A stretch of 64,000 nucleotides of DNA from the NCBI GenBank assembly GCA_035297425.1, contig DATGYZ010000004.1, positions 27,158 to 91,157 on the forward strand, written 5' to 3'. This DNA comes from Bacteroidales bacterium. Its GTDB lineage: Bacteria; Bacteroidota; Bacteroidia; Bacteroidales; VadinHA17. Position 1 is the first letter of the stretch. Each line of letters opens with the position of its first letter. The notes under the pieces are model-generated. The model was not told the origin of the DNA, did no database searches, and was given only the letters and a program-made list of their open reading frames with translations. Shown in pieces: positions 39,174 through 49,186 of the stretch. Made by a program: the position numbers and the translations under genes.

Positions 39174-39701
39174 ATGGAAACAAATACAAATTATTTAACC
39201 GGATCATTCAGGGATCGTTCTTCAGCTGAACGCGCCTATAACAGGTTACGTGAAAGAGGATATACAGATGAAGAGATAAACATTATAATGTCTGACGAGA
39301 CCCGTTCGAGATATTTCAACAAGGAAGACGACAGATCAGATGAAACTTCGTTTGGCAACAAGGCCATGGAAGGTGCAGGCACTGGTTCTGCAATTGGCGG
39401 GGCTCTTGGGGCAACAGCCGGAATAATTGCTGCCCTTGGCACCAGCCTCATAATACCGGGTTTAGGAGTAGTAATTGCAGGTCCGATTGCTGCAGGACTT
39501 GCCGGAGCGGGTGCAGGTGGCCTTACCGGTGGTATAGTTGGGGCACTTGTAGGTGCCGGAATTCCAAAGGACAGGGCTGAGAAGCATGAAAAAGATATCA
39601 AGGAAGGTGATATCGTTATGGGCGTAAGGCCCCGAAACGATGAAGATGCTGCTTATCTTGAAGAAGACTGGCGTCAGTATCAGGGAAATGTTTACAGGTA
39701 G
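39174..39701 (+). CDS. General-stress-protein-like (YflT/GSP17M-type N-domain) with glycine-zipper membrane segment
   Basis: METNTNYLTGSFRDRSSAERAYNRLRERGYTDEEI, then GAGTGSAIGGALGATAGIIAALG...GAGAGGLTGGIVGALVGAG. The ATG at 39174 is preferred. Confidence 0.65.
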   Translation: METNTNYLTGSFRDRSSAERAYNRLRERGYTDEEINIIMSDETRSRYFNKEDDRSDETSFGNKAMEGAGTGSAIGGALGATAGIIAALGTSLIIPGLGVVIAGPIAAGLAGAGAGGLTGGIVGALVGAGIPKDRAEKHEKDIKEGDIVMGVRPRNDEDAAYLEEDWRQYQGNVYR

Positions 39702-39803
39702 ATGAATACACCTGGTTCAAATTGCGTACAGCGGGGACAGCCATGAATAAAGGAATGAGTATCGCAAATTAACGAGGGGTAAACATCAATATAGTTTCTT
39801 AAT

Positions 39804-39852
39804 AAGGTGAGCATGACCCTGGTAAAACCTGAAACTGCTCACCTTATTTATA
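39804..39852 (+). terminator. Terminator after GSP-like gene
   Basis: AAGGTGAGCA / TGCTCACCTT forms a 10-bp stem with a 22-nt loop, followed by an ATTTATAAATAA tract. Confidence 0.5.
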
Positions 39853-39874
39853 AATAATATATCAATCAATATAA

Positions 39875-40504
39875 ATGAATATGAAAAAAGTAAAATTGTT
39901 AATGATCCTGATTGTTCCAGTGATGATGTCGTGTAATCAGAATAAGAGTGGAAACCAGGCGAGCAAGGATGTGGACGATAAGGCAATGCTCGTTGAAAAT
40001 GCTAAAGTATCAGATGAAAATGATGAACCACAGAGTGTTGAAGATTTCATTAAGGAAGCTGCCAGCGGTGGATTAATGGAAGTTGAGCTTGGAAGATATG
40101 CACAGCAGAATGCCTTAAACCCTAGGGTTAAGAATTTTGGTGCTATGATGGTTCGCGATCACCAGAAGGCAAATGATGAGCTTAAGTCAATAGTTACAGG
40201 TAAGAACATGACGATTCCGTCAGCGATGGAAAACAATCACATGAATAAAGTTGAGGAAATCCAGAAAGAAACAGGTGCTGATTTTGACAGGAAGTATATG
40301 GATGAAATGGTTGATGATCACGACAAAGATGTTAAAAAATTCCGCAGGCAGGCAGAAAACGGGAAAGATCCTGAAATAAAAGCTTTTGCTGCCAAAACGC
40401 TTGAAGTTCTTGTCATTCATCAGGATTCTGCAAAGAATATCAAAGAAGCCCTTGACAGGCAAAATTCAAATACAGGAGCAGCAACAAAATCAAATAACAG
40501 ATAA
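39875..40504 (+). CDS. DUF4142-domain protein (secreted or lipoprotein)
   Basis: Signal and lipobox (VMMSC). The duplicated FIKEAASGGLMEVELGRYA...MVRDHQKANDEL and YMDEMVDDHDKDVKKF pattern is typical of DUF4142. Confidence 0.75.
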   Translation: MNMKKVKLLMILIVPVMMSCNQNKSGNQASKDVDDKAMLVENAKVSDENDEPQSVEDFIKEAASGGLMEVELGRYAQQNALNPRVKNFGAMMVRDHQKANDELKSIVTGKNMTIPSAMENNHMNKVEEIQKETGADFDRKYMDEMVDDHDKDVKKFRRQAENGKDPEIKAFAAKTLEVLVIHQDSAKNIKEALDRQNSNTGAATKSNNR

Positions 40505-40512
40505 TGATCATT

Positions 40513-40683
40513 ATGAAAAAGTATTTGCCTTTAACATTAATTTTCCTGCTGGGCATAGTTTTTCTTACAGGGTGTGAATTTATCGGGGGAGTATTCCAGA
40601 CAGGAGTCGGAGTCGGTATATTTATTGCTGTTGTAATCCTTATTCTGATATTTTTTATTGGGAGGATAGGAAGAAGAAGATAA
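40513..40683 (+). CDS. 56-aa lipoprotein/membrane mini-protein
   Basis: Hand-translated as MKKYLPLTLIFLLGIVFLTGCEFIGGVFQTGVGVGIFIAVVILILIFFIGRIGRRR. It has a lipobox plus one TM helix, lies below the track cutoff, and is followed by a strong terminator. Confidence 0.5.
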   Translation: MKKYLPLTLIFLLGIVFLTGCEFIGGVFQTGVGVGIFIAVVILILIFFIGRIGRRR

Positions 40684-40701
40684 ATCATACCTGTTAGACT
40701 T

Positions 40702-40736
40702 ACCTCCGCCTTATTCAAAGCGGAGGTTTTTATTTA
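40702..40736 (+). terminator. Rho-independent terminator
   Basis: ACCTCCGC-cttattcaaa-GCGGAGGT followed by TTTTTATTT. It lies between convergent genes. Confidence 0.75.
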
Positions 40737-40748
40737 GTAGATCACTTC

Positions 40749-43034
40749 CTATTTATTTCTCCTTGAGAAAAACTCCTCGCGGGCAGGATCAACATCGAGT
40801 TCATAAAGTTTGTTGAATGCTTCTTTAAGCGATTCAGGTATATCGCCTTTATAGTTTATGTTATAGTATGAAAACCAGTTATAAGGCACTGTATTCTTCA
40901 TTTCAGTGAATTCTACCCGGTTGTCGGTTTTATCCTTAACAAAAAACTTCATAAATTCATTCTTCCGCGTAATTACTGTTTCATCAAATCTTTTTTTTAC
41001 AATTTGTTTACCTATATAGTTGTAGCATTTCTCCTGTAGTGTAAGCAAATCAGAATTCTTCATTTTTGAGTTCATATGCTTTATGAAAGCCGGGTCTTTT
41101 GATGATAATTTCTCAACCTTCATCGAATCCTTTTCTGACAAAGCACTCTCCTTTTTCCCGTCTGTTTCAAAAAAGTATTTTTTCTTTGCTTCAAAAAGAA
41201 GTAGATTTTCCATTTCTTTTTCAACATGAACGATCGGTTCAATTACAATATGAGCCTCAGGGTTTTTTTTAAGGAATTTTGAAATATTTTCCAGGAATTT
41301 TCCCTGTTCCTTTTCGATCCTGACCTGCCTCATTTTCCACTTCACGGTTAACGTTTTTTCTACTTTCTTTTCCACATTCCTAACTTCCATCCTGTAAGGT
41401 GTAGTGGGAGGCTTTTCAAGAATGTTCCTCAGAATATCTGAAATAACATCCTTTAATTTAAAAGCAGGGTCATCAAGGCTTCCTTTAACAGGTATCTGGT
41501 AATCGATGACCCCTCCCCTTTCTCTTACAAATGCCATTATCAATGGTAAAGGTACCCACTTTGTATTCTTACCCCGGACCTTTTTAGTATCCCTTGGATC
41601 GATGACAAGAAAATGATTCAGGCTGCTTATGTTCCGGTTGCGCACATTCCATGTTCCATGCATCTCTATTGTGCCCCGGTCGAGCGGATATGATGTATAT
41701 GTTATTAAATATGGATTGAACATTGTAGCCGGTACGTTTCGCATCTCGTATGAGATATCGAAATTGTTCTCATTTTTTGTGTCCATGCTTAATGTTGAAG
41801 AAATATTTCCAGCAGGATAGATCTTGCCGGTCGTTTCTATTTTAACTTTCCTTTTTTGCTTGTCGATGGTATCAGCTTTAATATTAAACTTATCCATGAT
41901 GAAGGTAAATTTCTCTGCTATTGAATAATCGTTGAATTCAATTCTGCCATCAATCAGGGCAAAGCTTTTTACATAATAATCCGCCCCCATTATATTTACA
42001 AGATAATCAACTGTATCTGTAGCTTCTTCTGCTTTTTCTTTAACCTTAGGCGGAATAAGCCTTCTAAAATTATCAAGGGTATCATACATCTGATATAAGA
42101 TTGAAGGCTTGCTGACAAGGATTGAATCAAAATAATAGATGCTTTTCTTCAGATCCAACTCACGTATTTCCACAAGAAAACGTTCAAGAGAAGCATAATC
42201 ATTATCCTTATCCTTTCCGAAATGGAAGTCTTTCAATTCAAATTTTCCACTGCCCTTTCCCTCGAGGAAATTTTTGAATTTTCCCTGCATTGAAAGATTT
42301 GTATTTATTATGCCAGTAAGGTTAGCTTTTCCCGCATATTTCACAAAATACTGATTAAACATCGCGAGGTCAAATCCATTAATCTCAATATTGCCTCTAT
42401 AATCAAGTGAATCAGTATTTAAAACAAAATTTCCTGAGGCCGAACCTGCTCCCGGAACAAATGAAAATTCACCCTGGAGAGAATCAACATTCCATTTCAT
42501 ACCCGGTGATGAAAAATTAACCTGTGAAATTTCAGTAATGTTATCAATAGCTTTCTCTCCATACCTGACTAATCCATCCTCGAGCTTAATATCAAGCACA
42601 CTGAATTTAACTGCTTCCTTTTCAACAGAATCTTTCTTAACGGCGAATTTTTCGATTAAATCATTGAAGTTGAAAATTGTATCGGTCCTGAAGATGTTAA
42701 TTTCAGGTTTTACCAGCCTTATATAGTTAACCTGATAAATACCCCTTAGTGCTTTCAGCAATGATAAATCTGCTGATAGTTTTTCAGCAGAAAAAAAAAT
42801 GCTGTCACTTTGAGCTTCACGCATTTGCAGATTGTGAAGTGAAGTAGAACCTCCAAGTGGATTGACAAAAGCACGATCGAGAGTTATTTCTCTCCCGGTA
42901 TATTGCAGGTCATACTTTTGTACAAGGTATTTTGTAAGGGGAGAAGCTATTATTATCAGAATTATATAAAGCCCGATAATGATCAGAAGAAGCCATTTTA
43001 TGAACTTCCACAAGCCTTTGCTTAATGTCCGCAT
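40749..43034 (-). CDS. Large N-terminally anchored envelope protein (DUF748/AsmA-like)
   Basis: 761 aa, a single N-terminal TM helix (WLLLIIIGLYIILIIIA) and a long beta-rich body. The family call is from overall pattern only. Confidence 0.5.
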   Translation of the reverse strand: MRTLSKGLWKFIKWLLLIIIGLYIILIIIASPLTKYLVQKYDLQYTGREITLDRAFVNPLGGSTSLHNLQMREAQSDSIFFSAEKLSADLSLLKALRGIYQVNYIRLVKPEINIFRTDTIFNFNDLIEKFAVKKDSVEKEAVKFSVLDIKLEDGLVRYGEKAIDNITEISQVNFSSPGMKWNVDSLQGEFSFVPGAGSASGNFVLNTDSLDYRGNIEINGFDLAMFNQYFVKYAGKANLTGIINTNLSMQGKFKNFLEGKGSGKFELKDFHFGKDKDNDYASLERFLVEIRELDLKKSIYYFDSILVSKPSILYQMYDTLDNFRRLIPPKVKEKAEEATDTVDYLVNIMGADYYVKSFALIDGRIEFNDYSIAEKFTFIMDKFNIKADTIDKQKRKVKIETTGKIYPAGNISSTLSMDTKNENNFDISYEMRNVPATMFNPYLITYTSYPLDRGTIEMHGTWNVRNRNISSLNHFLVIDPRDTKKVRGKNTKWVPLPLIMAFVRERGGVIDYQIPVKGSLDDPAFKLKDVISDILRNILEKPPTTPYRMEVRNVEKKVEKTLTVKWKMRQVRIEKEQGKFLENISKFLKKNPEAHIVIEPIVHVEKEMENLLLFEAKKKYFFETDGKKESALSEKDSMKVEKLSSKDPAFIKHMNSKMKNSDLLTLQEKCYNYIGKQIVKKRFDETVITRKNEFMKFFVKDKTDNRVEFTEMKNTVPYNWFSYYNINYKGDIPESLKEAFNKLYELDVDPAREEFFSRRNK

Positions 43035-43205
43035 TTTTTTGATTCAAAAATAGATACACATTTAACAAAGATGATTACATAATTACTGCTAACTATTACA
43101 GATTTAAGCTTTATTGTACTGATAGCGAAACAATTGCTCAAATCGAAGGCGAAAAAATGTAATAGTTTGAGATTATTATGTAATGAATTAAAGGACCGAC
43201 ATTTT

Positions 43206-43213
43206 GAACTTTG
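43206..43213 (+). promoter_or_regulatory. -7-like box GAACTTTG upstream of DUF892 paralogue 1
   Basis: ATTTTGAACTTTGCA lies 48 nt upstream of the ATG at 43262. Confidence 0.45.
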
Positions 43214-43261
43214 CAAAACAAAAATTTTCAATTTCTCATTGTTAAATTAATACAGGACATT

Positions 43262-43777
43262 ATGAAAAACAGGTCTCAAAATGAATCTGGCCTTCGTGAA
43301 TTATTGGAGGACCAGTTGAAAGATGCGTACTGGGCTGAAAAAGCAATTGCAAGAGCAATGCCTGATGTGGTTGAAAAGGCAAGTTCCCAGGAGCTTATAG
43401 ATGCACTTAATGAGCACATGGACATAACAAATCAACAAATTTCCAGGCTTGAGAATGTCTTTGAGATACTGGAGCTAAAAGCTGAAGCCGAAAAATGCGA
43501 GGCAATGGAAGGCATTCTGACCGAAGCTGATGACATAATTGGTGAACTTGATGAAGGCCCGGTCCGTGATGCTGGTATTATTGCGGCTGTTCAAAAAGTT
43601 GAGCATTATGAAATAGCTACATACGGAACGTTGAAATCATTCGCTAATCTGCTGGGTGAATATGAAGCTGCTTCACTGCTTGAAGAGACACTTGAAGAAG
43701 AGAAGGAGGCAGATCAGTTGCTCAGCGACATTGCAGAATCGGTTGTTAACATTGAAGCAGCAAATGAAGAAATGTAG
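43262..43777 (+). CDS. DUF892 (YciE/YciF-type) ferritin-like stress protein, paralogue 1
   Basis: LEDQLKDAYWAEKAIARAMP...EHMDITNQQISRLENVFE...VQKVEHYEIATYGTL...EETLEEEKEADQLL. By eye it is roughly 55-60% identical to the 52067 paralogue. Confidence 0.8.
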   Translation: MKNRSQNESGLRELLEDQLKDAYWAEKAIARAMPDVVEKASSQELIDALNEHMDITNQQISRLENVFEILELKAEAEKCEAMEGILTEADDIIGELDEGPVRDAGIIAAVQKVEHYEIATYGTLKSFANLLGEYEAASLLEETLEEEKEADQLLSDIAESVVNIEAANEEM

Positions 43778-43817
43778 ATTGTTATAAACAGTAAAATAAA
43801 TAAAAAATAAGAAAATT

Positions 43818-44075
43818 ATGAGAACAAGTGGTATAGTGATCAGCCTCATTGCAGGCGTAATTGCAGGAGCTGCTGCAGGTGCCATTCTTGGCGTACTGTA
43901 TGCACCCGACAGGGGAGTTGAGACACGCAGAAAAATCTCCCATAAGGGAGAAGAACTCAGAGATAATCTGAAACAGAAATTTGAGAGTGTAAAGGAAGAT
44001 ACACGAGATCTAATTGATAAGGGAAAATCAAAAATATATGAGGCTAAGAATGATGTGAATACATCATCAATCTGA
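43818..44075 (+). CDS. YtxH-domain protein, paralogue 1
   Basis: IAGVIAGAAAGAILGVLYAPDRGVETRRKI matches the YtxH signature. Confidence 0.75.
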   Translation: MRTSGIVISLIAGVIAGAAAGAILGVLYAPDRGVETRRKISHKGEELRDNLKQKFESVKEDTRDLIDKGKSKIYEAKNDVNTSSI

Positions 44076-44101
44076 TTTCATTGTCCGAATATTATATTTA
44101 T

Positions 44102-44138
44102 TGAATCCTGTTCTGTGAAGGACAGGATTCATTCTCTC
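44102..44138 (+). terminator. Hairpin after ytxH-like gene (weak U-tract)
   Basis: TGAATCCTGT / ACAGGATTCA forms a 10-bp stem, followed by TTCTCTCC. Confidence 0.4.
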
Positions 44139-44167
44139 CAACATATTATTTACATAACTCAAAAGCC

Positions 44168-45172
44168 ATGTTTTATCACGTAAAGGATTTACAATTCAAT
44201 GCACGTGTTTCACAGCCAGATGTGAAATTTGCAAGACTACTTCTTGAACAGTTCGGCGGAGGAAACGGGGAATTAAAAGCAGCAATACAGTATTTCATGC
44301 AGGCATTCAGCTGCCGCAAACCATATCCAGACAAATATGACCTCCTGATGGACATAGCCACTGAAGAATTCAGTCACCTCGAGATTGTAGGTGCTACCAT
44401 ACAAATGCTTCTTACCGGTATTAGCGGTGAATTGAAAAATGCTGCAGACGAATCTGATCTTACAAAACTTCTTGATGGCTCTGCTGCGAAAGAAGAATAT
44501 ATGCAGCAGGCTCTTATAAATCCTCATTTTTTTGTTCTGACCGGCGGAAGTCCGAGCTTAACTGATAGCCAGGGAATTCCCTGGAATGCAGGTTATATAA
44601 ATGCCAATGGTGACCTTACAGTTGATCTCCGTTCGAATATTGCTGCAGAATCACGGGCAAAAATAGTGTATGAATATCTCATGAAATTCACCCCGGACCC
44701 ACTTGTCAAGGAAACTCTTCGTTTCCTGATGACCCGTGAGGTTGCTCACTTCCAGATGTTTGAGGCTGCTTTGAACAGTATGCCTGCCAACTTCCCTCCG
44801 GGAGTACTTCAGAGCGACCCGCGTTTCAGCAACTCCTATTTCAATATGTCAAATGATGAAGACATCAGAGGTCCCTGGAATGAAGGACAGAGTCCTGAAT
44901 TCATGGAGGAATGGAGATATATTGAAGATCCGATTGAACATGTTCGTGAAACAATGGGACTTATCGATGAAATGCCCCATGGAACAAGCAGAACTGAAAA
45001 ATCGGTACAAAAAAACAACAGGATGATCGGAGAAGAGAGGAAAGTCATTATCGATGATTCAAACGTCCCTGTTGACGGTATATTAATGTGGTCGACCTAT
45101 GGTGAAGAGATGGCTGGTATAACAAAGGGCAAATCTCCATCACGTACAAAGAAGAAAAGCAACAATAAATGA
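44168..45172 (+). CDS. Manganese-catalase-family protein (YdbD-like)
   Basis: LLEQFGGGNGELKAAIQYFMQAF...ATEEFSHLEIVGATI...TREVAHFQMF (di-Mn ligand motifs). Confidence 0.85.
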   Translation: MFYHVKDLQFNARVSQPDVKFARLLLEQFGGGNGELKAAIQYFMQAFSCRKPYPDKYDLLMDIATEEFSHLEIVGATIQMLLTGISGELKNAADESDLTKLLDGSAAKEEYMQQALINPHFFVLTGGSPSLTDSQGIPWNAGYINANGDLTVDLRSNIAAESRAKIVYEYLMKFTPDPLVKETLRFLMTREVAHFQMFEAALNSMPANFPPGVLQSDPRFSNSYFNMSNDEDIRGPWNEGQSPEFMEEWRYIEDPIEHVRETMGLIDEMPHGTSRTEKSVQKNNRMIGEERKVIIDDSNVPVDGILMWSTYGEEMAGITKGKSPSRTKKKSNNK

Positions 45173-45190
45173 AGATGAAACCGGGGGGCA

Positions 45191-46105
45191 ATGAAGAAAT
45201 TGAAGTTGTTTACAATTTTAAAACAAACTTTTAAGGAATGGATGGCCAAGGATCCGTTTCGTGAAAGCGCGGTAATTGCTTACTATGCAATTTTTTCTCT
45301 CCCGGGTTTATTCGTGCTTATAATAACTCTTGCAGGGTACTTTTTTGGACGTGATGCAGTTAATGAACATGTCCTCAACCAGGTATCTTCAGCACTTGGA
45401 AATGATTCGGCAGATCAGATTTATGAAATAATTCAACAGCAGGAGAGTGAAACTCAAAAAACCTCGGTGTGGGGTGCTATAGTAGGTATTGCCACCTTGC
45501 TCCTGGGTGCAACAGGGGTATTCGCGCAGTTTCAGAAATCTCTCAACAATATATGGGAAGTTAAACCTGATAAAGCGAAGTCAGGCATTGTGGAGCTTAT
45601 TAAGGTTCGACTTTTTTCTTTTGGCCTTATCGTATCAATTGCCTTCCTGCTAATTATCTCTTTGCTCATATCAACATTGCTCACAGCTTTTGGCGAATGG
45701 CTTTCGAGCAAATTTTCGGAATCTTTGCTGATCCTGCTTAAGATTTTGAATTTCATTATTTCTTTCAGCATACTTACATTGCTTTTTGCAATGATGCTCA
45801 AGATATTCCCTGATGCAAAGATCAAATGGAAAGATGTCTGGATCGGGTCTGCGTTAACAACAATACTTTTTATAATTGGGAAGTATGGATTAAGTCTTTA
45901 TTTCGGAAAGGCAAATCCTGCATCAGCTTTTGGAGCTGCAGGATCTATTATTCTTATCCTTCTGTGGGTGTCTTACTCATCTATGATAGTATTCTTTGGC
46001 GCTGAATTTACCCGGCAATATGCCAATATACATTCAGGAGGAGCTGCTCCTTCCGACCATGCGGTAAAAGATGAGCGCTGCAAGGATAAGAAAGAAGAAA
46101 TGTAG
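45191..46105 (+). CDS. YihY/BrkB-family membrane protein
   Basis: ESAVIAYYAIFSLPGL, six TM helices, LLWVSYSSMIVFFGAEFT. Confidence 0.8.
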   Translation: MKKLKLFTILKQTFKEWMAKDPFRESAVIAYYAIFSLPGLFVLIITLAGYFFGRDAVNEHVLNQVSSALGNDSADQIYEIIQQQESETQKTSVWGAIVGIATLLLGATGVFAQFQKSLNNIWEVKPDKAKSGIVELIKVRLFSFGLIVSIAFLLIISLLISTLLTAFGEWLSSKFSESLLILLKILNFIISFSILTLLFAMMLKIFPDAKIKWKDVWIGSALTTILFIIGKYGLSLYFGKANPASAFGAAGSIILILLWVSYSSMIVFFGAEFTRQYANIHSGGAAPSDHAVKDERCKDKKEEM

Positions 46106-46106
46106 A

Positions 46107-47906
46107 TCAGGCTTGTTTTTGATCAGGCAGGTAAACGTTAAATACCGAACCTGAACCTGGTACACCAAAAGCATTAATATAACCTTTGTGATTCTCTGCA
46201 ATTATCTTGCATATTGCTAATCCTATACCAGTTCCTGTATATTCCCTGTTATTATGAAGCCTGTAGAACAATGTAAATATTTTCTCAGCGTACTGCTGGT
46301 CAAATCCAATTCCGTTATCCGTGAATGAAATCTTATGAAACCTGCTCTCAGGATCGCCATTGTAATTAATAATATTACTGCCGTGGACTATATCCGATGT
46401 AATATCTATCATTGGCCTTACCTCGTCCCGGCTGTACTTGATTGAGTTCGATAACAGATTGCTGAATAGCTGTTGAATCTGGAATGGAATAACATTCAGT
46501 GAGGGAAGATCGGATGATGAGTTGATTATAACATTTTTTTCCTCAATTCTGTGGGACAGTTCGCGTTTTGAATTCTCGAGTATTTCGTTAAGATCAGCCA
46601 TTTCAAATGTTTTATCCGCCTTACTTGCTCTTGAATAAAGAAGCAGGTCAGTAATAAATTTCTGCATCCTGATAGTTTCTTTCTTAATTCCCTGCAGGTA
46701 TTCCCGGATATTGTCAGGGATATTGACCATCTCACTCTGCTTAATTCGCGAAATGAAAGTCTGTACTTTACGTAGTGGTTCCTGTAAGTCATGACTTGCA
46801 ATATGGCTGAAGGCTGATAATTGCTTATTTGATTTTTCCAGGTCAGCAAGCCTTTCCACCAGCATCTTGTCCTTCTTGAATTGGTCAGTAATATCAGCCA
46901 GGATAAAAATGCTGAAGCTTTTGCCATAATTATCTGTTATCAGCTTTCCTGTTGACTTGAACTGTCTTATTTCCCCGTCTTTTCTTATTACTCTGAACTG
47001 TGTTATGTAGGGCGACATTTCCGTCAGGGCTTTTTTTTTACTTTCTGTCAGCAGGTGCCTGTCTGACGGATGCACATACTGAAGAAAATTGTCGAACGTG
47101 GGTTCAAACTCGTTTATTTTACATCCGAGAAGTCGGTACAGGTTAACAGAATATGTCATCTTATTCTCCTTAATATCCCAATACCAATGGCTTATATCTG
47201 CAATCTGTTCAGAGTGTTCAAAAATTTTATTGCTTATTATCAGCTGGTTATTTGTATTGTCCTTCTCCCGCAAATCCCGGTTGATCTTGTAGAAAGAGAT
47301 AACAAACACAATGACCGAAAACAGCACGACAAAAAGGATCGAATAGGGAGAAAACCTTGTATCACCCCGGTGTTCAAGCTCCTTCTGACGCAGGATCTGG
47401 AGCTCTTCAAAAACCATTTTATCGATTTTTGACAAGGAGAGAGACATCATCTCCCTGCCTCTGTATAACAAAGTACGTAGAGTATCAGATGCCTCTACAT
47501 TCAGTTGCCTGTTGCTTATTACATCATCGAGGAACTTGAGCCTTTGGTTAAGAAGATAGACCAGCGTATCAAGGCTCTTGTTCTGAGAATAATCATTCTC
47601 AGTGAGTACGCTCAGACGTGCAAAGGACCATTTGATTTTTTCTAGTGCTTCATAATAGGGATGCAGGAAAATTGAGTCACCAGTCAGCAGGAACCCGCGT
47701 TGACCTGTTTCAGCATCAGATGCAAATGATTTCAATTGCTCAAGTTCTACATAAATCTTGTACGAACGAACGACTGACTCCTGTGTTTCCCTGAGCATCC
47801 TAATTTGCCTGTACGAGACACCAGCAGCATATAACAGGAAAAATATTGAAACGGCTAAAACGGTGACAAGCACAATAGATGCCAGGTTATGTCTTAGGAA
47901 CTTCAT
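46107..47906 (-). CDS. Sensor histidine kinase (CHASE3 - TM - PAS - HisKA - HATPase)
   Basis: CHASE3-like ETGQRGFLLTGDSIFLHPYY, PAS region, H-box FSHIASHDLQEPLRKV, N box LLSNSIKYS, G boxes DNGIGF/GTGIGLAI. Confidence 0.85.
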   Translation of the reverse strand: MKFLRHNLASIVLVTVLAVSIFFLLYAAGVSYRQIRMLRETQESVVRSYKIYVELEQLKSFASDAETGQRGFLLTGDSIFLHPYYEALEKIKWSFARLSVLTENDYSQNKSLDTLVYLLNQRLKFLDDVISNRQLNVEASDTLRTLLYRGREMMSLSLSKIDKMVFEELQILRQKELEHRGDTRFSPYSILFVVLFSVIVFVISFYKINRDLREKDNTNNQLIISNKIFEHSEQIADISHWYWDIKENKMTYSVNLYRLLGCKINEFEPTFDNFLQYVHPSDRHLLTESKKKALTEMSPYITQFRVIRKDGEIRQFKSTGKLITDNYGKSFSIFILADITDQFKKDKMLVERLADLEKSNKQLSAFSHIASHDLQEPLRKVQTFISRIKQSEMVNIPDNIREYLQGIKKETIRMQKFITDLLLYSRASKADKTFEMADLNEILENSKRELSHRIEEKNVIINSSSDLPSLNVIPFQIQQLFSNLLSNSIKYSRDEVRPMIDITSDIVHGSNIINYNGDPESRFHKISFTDNGIGFDQQYAEKIFTLFYRLHNNREYTGTGIGLAICKIIAENHKGYINAFGVPGSGSVFNVYLPDQKQA

Positions 47907-48366
47907 CTCCTTTTCTGCTGTTTATATTTAACAGGAAATTCTCCTTTTTTAATCCTGATGTATGGTATTGCCAGTTCAAATTGATAACCTGCTCAAGTAT
48001 AACTTTAAGTAAACCAAAATCATCAGGCTTTTGTATATATATATTTGCTCCTTTAACAAAAGCCTCTTCAATGTATTCTTCAGACGAAGATGTTGAGTAG
48101 ATGGCTACAGCAAGATCCTTGAGCTTTTTGTTTTTTCTGATCTCAATGAGGCATTCCAAACCGTTCTTCAGCGGCATATTCAGATCCAGGAACACAACGT
48201 TGGGAAGTAAATTTCCAGGTTGATTTAGGTAATCCATAAGCTGAACACCATCATTGACCATGGTGACTTTAGTCCTGACTTTCATCTCCTGCAAAGCTTC
48301 CTTAAAGAACATGCGATCATCCTCATCATCATCAGCCAGCATTATATGCAAAGCATTACTTTCCAT
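47887..48366 (-). CDS. Stand-alone response-regulator receiver protein
   Basis: IMLADDDEDD...VFLDLNMP...AIYSTS...K. No output domain. It overlaps the kinase gene start by 20 nt. The ATG at 48366 (MESNAL) is preferred over 48426. Confidence 0.8.
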   Translation of the reverse strand: MESNALHIMLADDDEDDRMFFKEALQEMKVRTKVTMVNDGVQLMDYLNQPGNLLPNVVFLDLNMPLKNGLECLIEIRKNKKLKDLAVAIYSTSSSEEYIEEAFVKGANIYIQKPDDFGLLKVILEQVINLNWQYHTSGLKKENFLLNINSRKGDEVPKT

Positions 48367-48811
48367 CTCTGTTCTTTTTATGTTAATATTTGACAGGTTG
48401 TTCTCCCGGGATTGGATGTGTTCCATGATAACAGCTTACCGGAATGGCATAAATTATCCGGCAGAGATAATTCGGAATAAAGACTTGAATAAACTATATC
48501 GTAACAGACAAGAAATATCATTGTGGTGAACTCTGGTTGGTCTGTGCTCCTCAAGGAATCATGCGACAAATACCCGACAGATGCATTATGTAAAAGTAGA
48601 ATTTGGCAGCCTGCAGGCAGTTACATTATTATTCAATTTTCTTATATGATTCACATATTAACCAGAAGTAAAAACCAAAAGTGAGCCGATGTATTAACCT
48701 GATATTCAACGTTTTACATTAAATATTCATCTTATTGTATATCAAGGAGATAGCTGTTATATTTTGCAATATTTAAATGAAATTTTATAACTAGAAAAAT
48801 TGGTTGTTCAC

Positions 48812-48819
48812 GAACTTTG
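48812..48819 (+). promoter_or_regulatory. -7-like box GAACTTTG upstream of 49-aa basic ORF
   Basis: TTCACGAACTTTGTAA lies 38 nt upstream of the ATG at 48858. Confidence 0.4.
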
Positions 48820-48857
48820 TAATTATAAACCGGTAAAAACCTTAATACCTTTTAGAA

Positions 48858-49007
48858 ATGGATAAATCGAAAAACAAAAATACGAAGGAGCATAAGAGCG
48901 ATGCAAAAGCCACGAGACTGAAAAGAATCCGTGAAGGCAACAAAAAAACCTCAAATTTAAGGGAGAAGAACAGCGATACTCTCTTCGGTGAACGTCAAGT
49001 AAAGTAA
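48858..49007 (+). CDS. 49-aa highly basic mini-protein (hypothetical)
   Basis: Hand-translated as MDKSKNKNTKEHKSDAKATRLKRIREGNKKTSNLREKNSDTLFGERQVK. It has a promoter box upstream and a hairpin GGCAGCT..AGCTGCC downstream. Confidence 0.3.
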   Translation: MDKSKNKNTKEHKSDAKATRLKRIREGNKKTSNLREKNSDTLFGERQVK

Positions 49008-49186
49008 ATGTTTAAATAAAGAAGGACTGTAACATATATCAAACCCATATAATCTCCCTGCCAGGCAGGTATAATAAGACGGCAGCTCCGGAAACGAAGC
49101 TGCCTGTTCTATAATGTAACATTTGAAAAAGATTTTGTAACAGTTGTCTTCCCTACTAAAACCATCTTTGTTTAAAATCATGCGAC

